The notes: generated from the letters alone by a model not told the origin. A stretch of 64,000 nucleotides of DNA from Anaerotignum sp. (GCA_020024265.1 JAHHTW010000004.1:11931-75930), one strand, 5' to 3'; counted from the first letter of the stretch, positions 39,303-48,654 are shown. Numbers and translations are program-made.

Positions 39303-40175
39303 ATGCGGTTTGTCATTGTAACAGGAATGTCTGGGGCAGGGAAGTCCTCTGCACTCAAATTTTTAGAAGACATCAATTATTTTTGCGTAGATAATATGCC
39401 GCCGGCACTTTTGCCAAAGCTCGCAGAGCTTTGCTATGACCAAGACGGTTCTATTGAACGTGTTGCTATGGGGATTGATATTCGTGGAGGAAAGCTGTTT
39501 GAGGACTTGTTTTCTGTATTGTTAAATCTACAAGAAAATGGCTATGATTACGAAATACTGTTTTTGGATGCTGCTGACCGTGTATTGATTCAACGATATA
39601 AGGAAACCAGACGCAGCCATCCTCTGTCTCGCCATGGTTCCATAGAGGAAGGGATTTTTAAGGAAAGAGAAATGCTCAAGGAAGTCAAGGAAAAGGCAAC
39701 TTATATCATTGATACCAGCAATGTACTGACAAGAGAGCTGAAAGAACAAATCAATCGTATTTTCTTAGATGACGAAAAATTTGAAAATCTTGTCATTACG
39801 GTGGATTCCTTTGGTTTCAAATATGGGATTCCACCGGATAGCGATTTGGTATTTGATGTGCGGTTTCTGCCAAACCCGTACTATATTCCGGAGCTGAGAG
39901 AGCTTTCGGGCAATGATAGCCCTGTCAGCGATTATGTGATGCAGTTTCCGGAAAGCAGGCTGTTTTTGGACAAGCTGGTGGATATGGTAGAGTTTTTGAT
40001 CCCGCATTATATCAAAGAAGGGAAGACAAGCCTTGTGATCAGTATTGGCTGTACGGGAGGCAAGCATCGTTCCGTGACATTGGCCAATGCGCTTTTTACC
40101 GCATTGAGCAGAGAAGCACATACGGTATTGCTCAAACATAATGATATTGAAAAGGATGCAAAACGCAAGGGATAA
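39303..40175 (+). CDS. rapZ: RapZ/YvcJ P-loop protein
   Basis: [39 protein letters not shown]. Confidence 0.95.
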   Translation: MRFVIVTGMSGAGKSSALKFLEDINYFCVDNMPPALLPKLAELCYDQDGSIERVAMGIDIRGGKLFEDLFSVLLNLQENGYDYEILFLDAADRVLIQRYKETRRSHPLSRHGSIEEGIFKEREMLKEVKEKATYIIDTSNVLTRELKEQINRIFLDDEKFENLVITVDSFGFKYGIPPDSDLVFDVRFLPNPYYIPELRELSGNDSPVSDYVMQFPESRLFLDKLVDMVEFLIPHYIKEGKTSLVISIGCTGGKHRSVTLANALFTALSREAHTVLLKHNDIEKDAKRKG

Positions 40176-40325
40176 GCCAATATCAGAAAGATTGTTTACG
40201 CTGCTTGGTCGGCATACAGTTCGGGATATGGGTTTGTATTTTTGCCCTATTTATATGATGTTATTGCATGAATTATTTGATAAAGAATGGATTCTGTATG
40301 AAAACATTACGAATGGAGAAAAACC

Positions 40326-41297
40326 ATGTGTGAGAATATAAATTTGTCATTTTCCCATAAGGTCAAAGACGAGTTGTCAGTGCAATTTGGGAATGCACGC
40401 CATTGCAAACTTGCAGAAATTGCTGCTTTGGTGAATATGTGTGGAGAGATTTGCATTTTTGGAGAAAAAATTTGTCTAAAAATTCAGAGTGACAATTTTT
40501 TGCTAATAAAAAAGTGCTTTACATTATTAGAAAATACTTTTAATATGAAACAAGATATATCCGTACGTACCAGCAGTAAGAAACGCCGTAGTTACATGAT
40601 TTGGCTTCGTCATACGGAGGATGTCATGAGGGTATTGATGGCTACGGGAGTTTTACGCACAAAAGACGGCAGGAAGTGTTTGCAAAATACGATATCACCT
40701 ATGGTGACAAGTAAGGTCTGTTGTAAGCGTTCTTATTTGAGAGGCGCATTTTTGGCAGTGGGTTCCATCAATGATCCGAATAAGAATTATCATCTGGAAT
40801 TTGTACTTACAGATGACAAACAGGCAGTGCAGCTGATGGATATGATTCGCTCATTTGAATTGGATGCCAAAATGGTGGCACGTAAAGAGCATTATGTGGT
40901 ATATCTGAAAGAAGGCGAGCAGATTGTTGATCTTCTGAATGTGATGCAGGCACATATGGCATTGATGGAACTGGAAAATATCCGCATTGTCAAGGAAATG
41001 CGCAATGATATCAATCGAAAGGTCAACTGCGAAACAGCCAATATAAACAAAGTTGTCGGTGCCGCTGTAAAGCAGCTTGAGGATATTACATACATTCAAC
41101 AAAATATGGGGCTGGAGAAGCTTTCACCGCAATTACGAGAGCTCGCTGAGGTTCGGCTCAAATATCCGGATAAGAGTCTGAAGGAATTGGGTGCGTATTT
41201 ATCACAGCAGGTAGGCAAATCTGGTGTAAATCACAGACTGCGAAAAATCAGTGGTATTGCAGAAATGTTGAGAGAGGGTAAAGGTGAAATACAATGA
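40326..41297 (+). CDS. whiA: DNA-binding protein WhiA
   Basis: SFS..VK.EL, YLRGAFL..GS..DP...YHLE, NR.VNCETAN, KSGVNHRLRK. Confidence 0.96.
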   Translation: MCENINLSFSHKVKDELSVQFGNARHCKLAEIAALVNMCGEICIFGEKICLKIQSDNFLLIKKCFTLLENTFNMKQDISVRTSSKKRRSYMIWLRHTEDVMRVLMATGVLRTKDGRKCLQNTISPMVTSKVCCKRSYLRGAFLAVGSINDPNKNYHLEFVLTDDKQAVQLMDMIRSFELDAKMVARKEHYVVYLKEGEQIVDLLNVMQAHMALMELENIRIVKEMRNDINRKVNCETANINKVVGAAVKQLEDITYIQQNMGLEKLSPQLRELAEVRLKYPDKSLKELGAYLSQQVGKSGVNHRLRKISGIAEMLREGKGEIQ

Positions 41298-41536
41298 CAC
41301 AGAAAACAGTTACAATCAAAACTTCATTGGACGCAAGACAGGCAGCTTTCTTTGTGCAGACAGCCGGTAAGTTCCAAAGCGATATTCGCATTGCAATTGA
41401 AGAAAAGAAGGTCAATGCAAAAAGTATTATGGGTACCATTGCACTTGGCATGAGAGAGGGGCAGTGTGTGAATATTTCTGCTGATGGTGCAGATGAAGTA
41501 GAAGCAGTAGAGGAACTGGCAGCCGTATTGGCATAA
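41294..41536 (+). CDS. HPr/Crh-family protein lacking His15
   Basis: HPr fold with NAKSIMG (Ser46) and G.DE.EA; the GLHARP motif reads SLDARQ. Confidence 0.85.
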   Translation: MTQKTVTIKTSLDARQAAFFVQTAGKFQSDIRIAIEEKKVNAKSIMGTIALGMREGQCVNISADGADEVEAVEELAAVLA

Positions 41537-41671
41537 GCAGGAAAGTCAACCGCAATTATTTCTTTATCAAACAGACGGCAGACCGTTGCTTTTTATTGCA
41601 CAAGTGTCGTTTGACGTATCAAATTTATATTTTATTACTGTATTTTTACAAAAGAAACACGAATTTTTCCG

Positions 41672-41721
41672 GCAGCATCTGTGAAAGAGCGATATGCTTT
41701 TTGATAGATGCTGCTTTTTTT
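41672..41721 (+). terminator. long-stem terminator after the uvrC-whiA-hpr cluster
   Basis: GCAGCATCT...AGATGCTGC stem plus T-tract. Confidence 0.65.
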
Positions 41722-41992
41722 GGCTTGTATTTTGATGCAAGATGTGTTATGCTAAAAAACAGCGGTTTTCCGTATCAGACGTTTAAGAGGTATGAAACAA
41801 TGGCTTCCATTCTGAAAATAAACATTTTGGATATGGTATCTTGAAAAAGAGAGGCAGCATAATCTGAATTTATGCGTAACATCTGATTTGTATATAGAAT
41901 CAGGAGTTTGGTTTTGAAGATTTTATAAAAACGAAATTTCCAAAACATAGATCGTCTGAAACAGACAATTTGTCGTATGCTACATATGATTT

Positions 41993-42049
41993 TGAGATGT
42001 TCCTGCGAAGGACGTTTGTCCCACCATCTCACAAATAAAAAACAGGAGG
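41993..42049 (+). ncRNA. preQ1-I riboswitch (translational)
   Basis: P1 TGAGATG/CATCTCA, loop TTCCTG...CAC, A-rich tail AATAAAAAA, pseudoknot partner CAGGAG overlapping the queT SD. Confidence 0.82.
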
Positions 42050-42056
42050 TTCTTTT

Positions 42057-42542
42057 ATGCAAAACAAACAGATTACATCAAGAATGCTTGCGTATACGGC
42101 ATTGACAGCAGCAGTATATGCAGTATTGACGGTAGGTGTCGCACCGTTGAGCTATGGCGCAATTCAGATTCGTTTTTCTGAGGTATTGGTACTGCTTGCC
42201 TTTTTGGATCGTCGGTATGTGCCAGGATTGATTTTGGGCTGTTTTATTGCAAATTGCTTTAGCCCATTGGGTATGGTGGATGCCGTATTTGGTACAATTT
42301 GTACAGCAGCAGCGCTCTATGGCATGACACACCATAGCAAAACATTGTTTGGTGCAAGTCTTTGGCCTGTATTCTGCAATGCATTTTTGGGTGTGGAATA
42401 CTATTTTCTGCAAAATGCACCATTGTTCTTTACTGCCGGTACGATTGCATTGGGCGAGTTTTTGACTGTTTCCTGTGTGGGTGTTGCAATATTCCGCCAG
42501 ATGATGAAAAATAGCAGTTTGGTCGCACAGCTCAAAATATAA
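42057..42542 (+). CDS. queT: queuosine precursor transporter QueT
   Basis: AA.YAVLT...PLSYG.IQ.R.SE.L and GL.LGC.IAN.FSP; preQ1 riboswitch upstream. Confidence 0.92.
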   Translation: MQNKQITSRMLAYTALTAAVYAVLTVGVAPLSYGAIQIRFSEVLVLLAFLDRRYVPGLILGCFIANCFSPLGMVDAVFGTICTAAALYGMTHHSKTLFGASLWPVFCNAFLGVEYYFLQNAPLFFTAGTIALGEFLTVSCVGVAIFRQMMKNSSLVAQLKI

Positions 42543-42558
42543 GTATAAAAAATAGACA

Positions 42559-42594
42559 AAGGCATCGTTTTCTACAAGAAAACGGTGCTTTTTT
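42559..42594 (+). terminator. intrinsic terminator after queT
   Basis: GGCATCGTTTTCT/AGAAAACGGTGCT plus T-tract. Confidence 0.75.
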
Positions 42595-42634
42595 GATATG
42601 TATAGGCATACGATAGAACAAGGAGGGGAAAAAG

Positions 42635-43597
42635 ATGAAACGAAAAAGAATGGTATTATTTGCATCACTGCTTGTGATGATTTATGGATATAGCATGGGA
42701 ATTTTTGCCAAGACAGATGGAGATTTGACACAAAAGCAAATGAATGATCCAAACACAGTGGAAAATCAGGAAGACATTGCAAAAAGTGTATTGGACTCCA
42801 CAGGAAGAACGGAACAGTATGACTTGCAGGATTTGGAAAATATAACAGTTTATTTTGGTGGAGATGTTACAAAAGGTGAACAGGAAGATATTGTGGTAAC
42901 ACTCAATTTTGGGCCGAAAAATACAGTGGTTGCTGCATATGCTGCGGATGGAAGCGTATATGAGTATGTAGGGGATTTGGGTGATTTTTACGGTGTACAG
43001 AGTGTGCGTTTTGTACCAGTGGCAGAGCTTGGAAAGGATATTGTGATTGTACGGGAGCAAATCAACGAATCTTTGGGCTCTTTTCAGCAGACGGATGTGA
43101 TTAAGGGCTATTCCTATAATGGAGAGGAATTTCAGGATGTATTGAATACACCGCAAAAGATAGAAAGCAATTGGAACAACATCTGGAATCAAGAGGATTT
43201 GCAGGAGGAAAGCCTGTGGCGCCGTGTGACAGAGGAAACAGAGAATGTATGGGAAGAGGGCGATGATGGAGACGATTCCACATTGACGGTCACAAGATAT
43301 CAGCAATATTTGGAATCAAAGGATGCAAACGAAGATTCGCTGCCGGAAGACAATACGTATGTACAAAAAGATCGTCGTGTGGTGGTAGAAAAATTTTATT
43401 GGTCTGATGCGTGGGGCAGATTTATTCTCAAAGAAGCCATAGAGAAGGAAACGAAGCAGCCGGTTGCCATTATTGAAAATTTGACAGCATCACCCTATGG
43501 CTTGGCAGGCTTTACCGATCGCAAGGATTATGTTATTGTACGCAAGGATGGTACCACAAAGTATGTCACCGCAAACGAATTGGAGATACAGCCATAA
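42635..43597 (+). CDS. secreted acidic hypothetical protein
   Basis: strong SD AAGGAGGGG, Sec signal MKRKR plus hydrophobic core, D/E-rich beta-strand-like body. Confidence 0.75.
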   Translation: MKRKRMVLFASLLVMIYGYSMGIFAKTDGDLTQKQMNDPNTVENQEDIAKSVLDSTGRTEQYDLQDLENITVYFGGDVTKGEQEDIVVTLNFGPKNTVVAAYAADGSVYEYVGDLGDFYGVQSVRFVPVAELGKDIVIVREQINESLGSFQQTDVIKGYSYNGEEFQDVLNTPQKIESNWNNIWNQEDLQEESLWRRVTEETENVWEEGDDGDDSTLTVTRYQQYLESKDANEDSLPEDNTYVQKDRRVVVEKFYWSDAWGRFILKEAIEKETKQPVAIIENLTASPYGLAGFTDRKDYVIVRKDGTTKYVTANELEIQP

Positions 43598-43620
43598 TTT
43601 ACAAAAAATAAAATTACTTC

Positions 43621-43648
43621 TTGACAAATGCTTGCACAGTGTTATAAT
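43621..43648 (+). promoter_or_regulatory. sigma-A promoter of the T-box/ABC operon
   Basis: TTGACA-16 bp-TATAAT with TG extension. Confidence 0.8.
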
Positions 43649-43660
43649 AACCATAATACA

Positions 43661-43937
43661 TAGAGAAACCTGTGATGAAGAGGAGTAGTTTTATCATCGT
43701 TACTTTCAGAGAGCTGCGGATGGTGGGAATGTAGCAGTCGATATAAAATGAATGGACTTCGGAGGGTGGCCGAACGCACAAATGTGTTAGTAGTGACCAA
43801 CGGGAACCACACCCGTTATCCTAGTGGGCTGCATGTATGTGCAGAGTACAAGTGGATGATTTTTTCATCAATTTGGGTGGTACCGCAGGATTTCCAGTCT
43901 TGTCCCATAGCAATATGTGGACAGGACTTTTTTTATT
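43661..43937 (+). ncRNA. T-box riboswitch, Trp specifier (UGG)
   Basis: AGTA, AGAGAG and GGTGGGA stem I motifs; specifier GAA-TGG-AC (43753-43755); CCGTTA; T-box GGGTGGTACCGC; terminator AGTCTTGTCC/GGACAGGACT plus T-tract. Confidence 0.9.
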
Positions 43938-44054
43938 GAAAAAAGGAGGCGTTGTGCATGGACGATATAAGACGATGGTGTAGCAACAAGAGCCAATGTA
44001 TGTATTTGATGAGATAAATATGACTGTACGATAAAACGAAAAGGAGAGATTGAT

Positions 44055-45053
44055 ATGAAAAAATTTTTAGCAGCGGCAATGGCGATGGTAATTGCGGGTA
44101 TGACACTGGCAGGCTGTGGCAGTACGACAGATGATACAAAAAACGGTGATGCAGCAAATGGAGATATTCCTGTCATTGGTATTTCACAGTATGCACAGCA
44201 TGCATCCTTGGATAACTGTCGTGAGGGATTTTTGCTTGGTCTGAAGGAAAGCGGTTTGGTGGAAGGTAAGGATTATATCATTGATTATCAGAATGCAGGT
44301 GCGGATGATAATATTACACAGCAGATCGCACAAAATTTTTCTGCAAGAAATGTTGCATTGATGTGTGGGATTGCAACCAACTCCGCAACAGCCTGCTATG
44401 CAGCAGCAGAGGACAAAAATATCCCCGTTATTTTTACAGCGATTTCTGATCCTGTAGAGGCAAAGCTTGATAGCGGAAATATTACAGGTACCAGTGACAA
44501 ACTACCTATTGAACAGCAATTAAAGCTCATTCGTGATCTTCAGCCGGAAGCAAAATCCATTGGCATCATATATACAACGAGTGAACCAAATTCCGTTTCC
44601 GCAGTGAGAGAATATGAAGAAAAAGCAGCGCAATATGGTTTTGTGATTGAAACCATTGGTGTTATGCAGCAGTCTGAAGTATTGCAAGCGGTGGATAATA
44701 TGATTGCAAAGAATGTAGATTGTATGACAAATCTGACAGACAATAATGTTGTCAATGTACTTCCTTCCATTCTGGAAAAGACAAATGATGCCAAAATTCC
44801 CGTATACGGCAGCGAAATTGAGCAGGTGAAGATTGGCTGCGCTGCTTCTGCCGGAATCGAATATGTAGCGGTAGGCAAGAGAACGGGCGAAATGGCAGCA
44901 ATGATTTTGAAAGGGGAAAAGACCGCAGAAGAAATGCCATATGAAACCATTGACACAGCAGAAATCTATATCAATCCTGCTGTCATGGAAGCAATGGATA
45001 TCCATCCCAACGATGAAATACTGGCATCTGCGATAGATGTAACGGCAGAATAA
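44055..45053 (+). CDS. ABC transporter substrate-binding lipoprotein (TrpX / COG2984 type)
   Basis: lipobox LAGC; IGISQ..QH.SLD, PVIFTAISDP, NITGTSD, EPNS; Trp T-box upstream. Confidence 0.88.
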   Translation: MKKFLAAAMAMVIAGMTLAGCGSTTDDTKNGDAANGDIPVIGISQYAQHASLDNCREGFLLGLKESGLVEGKDYIIDYQNAGADDNITQQIAQNFSARNVALMCGIATNSATACYAAAEDKNIPVIFTAISDPVEAKLDSGNITGTSDKLPIEQQLKLIRDLQPEAKSIGIIYTTSEPNSVSAVREYEEKAAQYGFVIETIGVMQQSEVLQAVDNMIAKNVDCMTNLTDNNVVNVLPSILEKTNDAKIPVYGSEIEQVKIGCAASAGIEYVAVGKRTGEMAAMILKGEKTAEEMPYETIDTAEIYINPAVMEAMDIHPNDEILASAIDVTAE

Positions 45054-45075
45054 GCAGAAATAGAAGGGGATTGAC

Positions 45076-45966
45076 ATGAACGCAATACTTGATTTGTGTA
45101 TCAGCACATTGACGCAGGGGTTTATATATGCCTTGTTGTCCTATGGTGTATATATTACATATAAAATTTTAGATTTTCCGGATTTGACGGTGGATGGCAG
45201 CTTTCCCCTTGGAGCAGCTGTCACGGGAGTGCTTTTGGTTCAGGGTGTGAATCCGTTTGCCACACTTTTGGCAGCAACTTTGGTGGGTGCAATTGCAGGC
45301 TTTGTGACAGGTTTTATACATGTTAAGCTGGGTGTACGTGATTTGTTGGCAGGCATTATTACCATGACAGCACTCTTTTCCATCAATTTACAGATTGCAG
45401 GCTCCAATCTTGCAATCGAACGCAGCATCGAAACGATTTTTACAAGCGGCCCCATTGCTATGGTCATGGGAGATGCCCCATTGATGTATCGTAAATTTGT
45501 GGTTGCTTTGGTATTGGCAGTGGTAGTCAAGCTGGGATTGGATTTGTATTTGAAAACAAAAAGCGGTCTTTTGCTGCGTGCTGTAGGCGACAATGCCACA
45601 CTTGTGACAACATTGGCAAAGGATAAAGGCAATGTGAAGCTTCTAGGGCTGGTGATTGCAAATGCATTGGTGGCTCTTTCCGGCGCAGTGGTATGTCAGG
45701 AGCAGCGTGCATTTTCCAGCACGATGGGTACTGGTCAGGTGGTATTTGGCTTGGCAGCAGTTATCATTGGAACAACACTCTTTCGTAAATTAAGCTTTTT
45801 GCAGGCAACAACCGCAGTGATGGTAGGCAGCATTTTCTATAAAGCCTGTATTCAGGTAGCAATCAGTCTGGGATTGCCTGCAAACCTCCTGAAGCTGGTA
45901 ACGGCAGCATTGTTCCTTGTTGTGCTGGTACTTGGCAAACAGAAAGGCGGCGAAGAACATGCTTGA
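45076..45966 (+). CDS. ABC transporter permease (COG4120 type)
   Basis: DFPDLTVDGSFPLG, LLAGI, GLLLRAVGDN. Confidence 0.9.
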   Translation: MNAILDLCISTLTQGFIYALLSYGVYITYKILDFPDLTVDGSFPLGAAVTGVLLVQGVNPFATLLAATLVGAIAGFVTGFIHVKLGVRDLLAGIITMTALFSINLQIAGSNLAIERSIETIFTSGPIAMVMGDAPLMYRKFVVALVLAVVVKLGLDLYLKTKSGLLLRAVGDNATLVTTLAKDKGNVKLLGLVIANALVALSGAVVCQEQRAFSSTMGTGQVVFGLAAVIIGTTLFRKLSFLQATTAVMVGSIFYKACIQVAISLGLPANLLKLVTAALFLVVLVLGKQKGGEEHA

Positions 45967-46732
45967 ACTCAAACACATTCGGAAGGTATATAATCCAGGC
46001 ACAGTCACAGAAATGTGTCTGTTTGATGATTTCAACTTAACTGTGAAAGATGGAGAATTTGTTTCAATTGTAGGAAGCAACGGTAGTGGTAAAACCTCTA
46101 TGCTCAATATCATCTGCGGAAGCATACCCATTGAGGGTGGAGAGGTGCTGATCGGTGGCAAGGATATTTCCAAAATGAAGGATTATCAACGTTACCGTAC
46201 CATTGGTCGTGTATACCAAAATCCCTCGATTGGTACTTGTCCAAACTTGACAATGTTGGAAAATATGTCGCTGGCAGACAATAAGGGTAAATATTTCGGT
46301 CTGAGCTTTGGCATAAACAAAGCAAGAGAGAACTACTACAAGGAGCAGCTTTCTATACTGGGGCTGGGCTTGGAAGATAAAATGGATGTCAAGCTGGGGG
46401 CATTATCCGGTGGGCAAAGACAGGCAGCATCCTTGATTATGTCCACATTGACACCCATTGAATTTTTGATATTGGATGAGCATACGGCAGCATTAGATCC
46501 AAAAACGGCAGAAACCATCATGCAATTGACACAAAAGGTTGTATCGGAAAAGAAACTGACAGCGATGATGGTAACACACAATTTGCGTTATGCAGTGGAA
46601 TATGGTTCTCGCTTGATTATGATGGATAAAGGCGGCATTGTTATGGATCAGGATGAAGAGGCCAAGAAAAACACGGATATTGATGATATTTTGGATGTTT
46701 TTACAGCAATCAGCATTGAATGTGGCAACTAA
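45959..46732 (+). CDS. ABC transporter ATP-binding protein (COG1101 type)
   Basis: GSNGSGKT, LSGGQRQ, ILDEHTAALDP. Confidence 0.93.
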   Translation: MLELKHIRKVYNPGTVTEMCLFDDFNLTVKDGEFVSIVGSNGSGKTSMLNIICGSIPIEGGEVLIGGKDISKMKDYQRYRTIGRVYQNPSIGTCPNLTMLENMSLADNKGKYFGLSFGINKARENYYKEQLSILGLGLEDKMDVKLGALSGGQRQAASLIMSTLTPIEFLILDEHTAALDPKTAETIMQLTQKVVSEKKLTAMMVTHNLRYAVEYGSRLIMMDKGGIVMDQDEEAKKNTDIDDILDVFTAISIECGN

Positions 46733-46836
46733 TCAAACGAGCAAGAGAAGCAGGGATTGGCAGAAAAAGCCCGGAACTGCTTTTTTTGTGTCCAAAAATG
46801 ACAGGTGATGTTTCACAGATCAGATACCGTTTCTAC

Positions 46837-46879
46837 ACATAAAAATACCGTGAGATATTTTCTCACGGTATTTTTATGT
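46837..46879. terminator. perfect 19-bp palindromic hairpin, likely bidirectional terminator
   Basis: ACATAAAAATACCGTGAGA-TATTT-TCTCACGGTATTTTTATGT between convergent genes. Confidence 0.75.
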
Positions 46880-46916
46880 ATTGACCGATATATCTGACAG
46901 CATTTTGGATACAAAA

Positions 46917-47573
46917 TCAAAGCAATATAGCAGAATCCTTCATGACTTGCTGTATGGTTTTGAGAATATGGGCATATGCAATATCATATCCATGATTACT
47001 CAGATGCAGGCCGTCGGATTGAAAACAGGACGCATAGGCTGTCGGATCTGTAATAGATTGATATATGGCAAACAGATCAATACAGTACAGCTGATATTCC
47101 TGTGAAAGCGCTTTGACAATGTCCCTGTATTTTTCCAGCCGATCATTTGTGGTAAAGGGGAAAAAATCATCTTCTACCATAGGTGGTGGCGTCAGTAATA
47201 TGGCAACGGTTTTGCCATTGGCAAAGCTGTGTTCTGTAGACAATGCAAAAATTTCCGTCAGAATTTGACGCAAATTTTTTTCGTATTCATAAGGCGTACG
47301 GTATTGCCCTTCGTTGAGTGCGCTGTCATTAGAGCCAAACCAGATCAATACAATTTGCGGTTTCCTGCACAGTACACTGCTGGACAGGCGAGAAAGTGCT
47401 TCTCGTGTTGTATGACCATTGATTCCGCTGTTGATGACCTCAAATGACAGATGGGGGTATTGATTGGTCAAATCCAATGCCAGCCGATGGGGATAGGCAA
47501 CGGATTCCGATACGCCATAGCCATATGTTAAGCTGTCACCAAAAGCAATCATTCTGATTGTGTTCTTTTCCAT
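46917..47573 (-). CDS. SGNH/GDSL hydrolase
   Basis: FGDSLT, NSGING, FGSND, DGLH catalytic blocks. Confidence 0.93.
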   Translation of the reverse strand: MEKNTIRMIAFGDSLTYGYGVSESVAYPHRLALDLTNQYPHLSFEVINSGINGHTTREALSRLSSSVLCRKPQIVLIWFGSNDSALNEGQYRTPYEYEKNLRQILTEIFALSTEHSFANGKTVAILLTPPPMVEDDFFPFTTNDRLEKYRDIVKALSQEYQLYCIDLFAIYQSITDPTAYASCFQSDGLHLSNHGYDIAYAHILKTIQQVMKDSAILL

Positions 47574-47771
47574 ATAGGATCGTCCTCCAGAGTGTTATGA
47601 TGATGCAAACCTATTTGTAAAATATTAAGATGCATGATGTAATACAAGAATGTTTTGATACTGTAGATGTACCATAAAGTTTATGATGTGGTACAGCATA
47701 GATTTCACTGTACCACATAGATTGTAAAAAATTGCTGCTGCCATATGGAATTGGACAGTTTGTTTGCATCC

Positions 47772-47800
47772 ATTGTATAAGATGAAAAATAGTTTGTCAA
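47772..47800 (-). promoter_or_regulatory. sigma-A promoter upstream of the SGNH gene
   Basis: minus-strand TTGACA-17 bp-TACAAT. Confidence 0.65.
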
Positions 47801-47816
47801 ATACAACATACCAATG

Positions 47817-48554
47817 TTAGGTATGTTCAATATCAATAAGGAAAAGATCAAGCAATTCTTGTTGGTGATGCCGACTGACATAAGCATGTTTTTCGGAACA
47901 ATAGAACGAAATCTCCCAAGGACTTTTTGTTTTGTCCAAATAAGAAATATTATGTAAATTTACAATATACGAACGATGTGTTTGCACCATGTAGTCAACA
48001 TCAAAAGATTCTTGAATTTTATATAAAGGCACTGGAAAAGAATATTGCGCTTTTTTTGTATGAAAAATAGCTTTTTTGTGTACGCTTTCTATGAATAAAA
48101 TATCATCGTAGGGCAGCGCAAACAGACCTTGCGGCATGTTGAGATGTATGCACATACGTCTTTTGTTGTTGATTAGTTTGATCATTCTTTTGTAATAATT
48201 CAGCAGTTTGCGAAACTCCTTTTCGCTCTCTGGTGTCAAGGGTAAGTGTACCAGCTCGCATCTGTTCCATCTTGGATAAATTTGCAATATATGTGCATAG
48301 TCTGCAAAAAAAATGATGACAGGTGCAAAAGCATATTTTTTGATGTCACGAAATTGCGTCATAAAATTTCGTGCTTCCAAAAAATCGGCGTCCGGAAACA
48401 GTAATACAAAGTCAATATCCAGTTGTTGACATAATGTGATTGCTTGCTGACTGTTATCTGCCTGAACATAGGATATACTTTGATCATTTTTGAAAAAACG
48501 AAGTATTTTTTCGGAATATTGTTGTTCTAAACATAAAAAAAGTAGATGAACCAT
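47817..48554 (-). CDS. LytTR DNA-binding regulator with degenerate receiver domain
   Basis: DDILFIES..KK..FHT and QTHRSYIVNL.NI LytTR motifs; N-terminal REC-like region. Confidence 0.85.
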   Translation of the reverse strand: MVHLLFLCLEQQYSEKILRFFKNDQSISYVQADNSQQAITLCQQLDIDFVLLFPDADFLEARNFMTQFRDIKKYAFAPVIIFFADYAHILQIYPRWNRCELVHLPLTPESEKEFRKLLNYYKRMIKLINNKRRMCIHLNMPQGLFALPYDDILFIESVHKKAIFHTKKAQYSFPVPLYKIQESFDVDYMVQTHRSYIVNLHNISYLDKTKSPWEISFYCSEKHAYVSRHHQQELLDLFLIDIEHT

Positions 48555-48626
48555 GACAGATCCCTCCCGAACTATTCATCTTTAATAGCATTATATCACA
48601 AATTGCAAATATTTTCAAATGATATA

Positions 48627-48654
48627 ACATATTTTTTTTTGATGTACATATACT
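48627..48654 (+). promoter_or_regulatory. sigma-E type sporulation promoter of spoIIIA
   Basis: ACATATT-13 bp-CATATACT upstream of SD GGAGG; spoIIIA is an established SigE operon. Confidence 0.75.
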
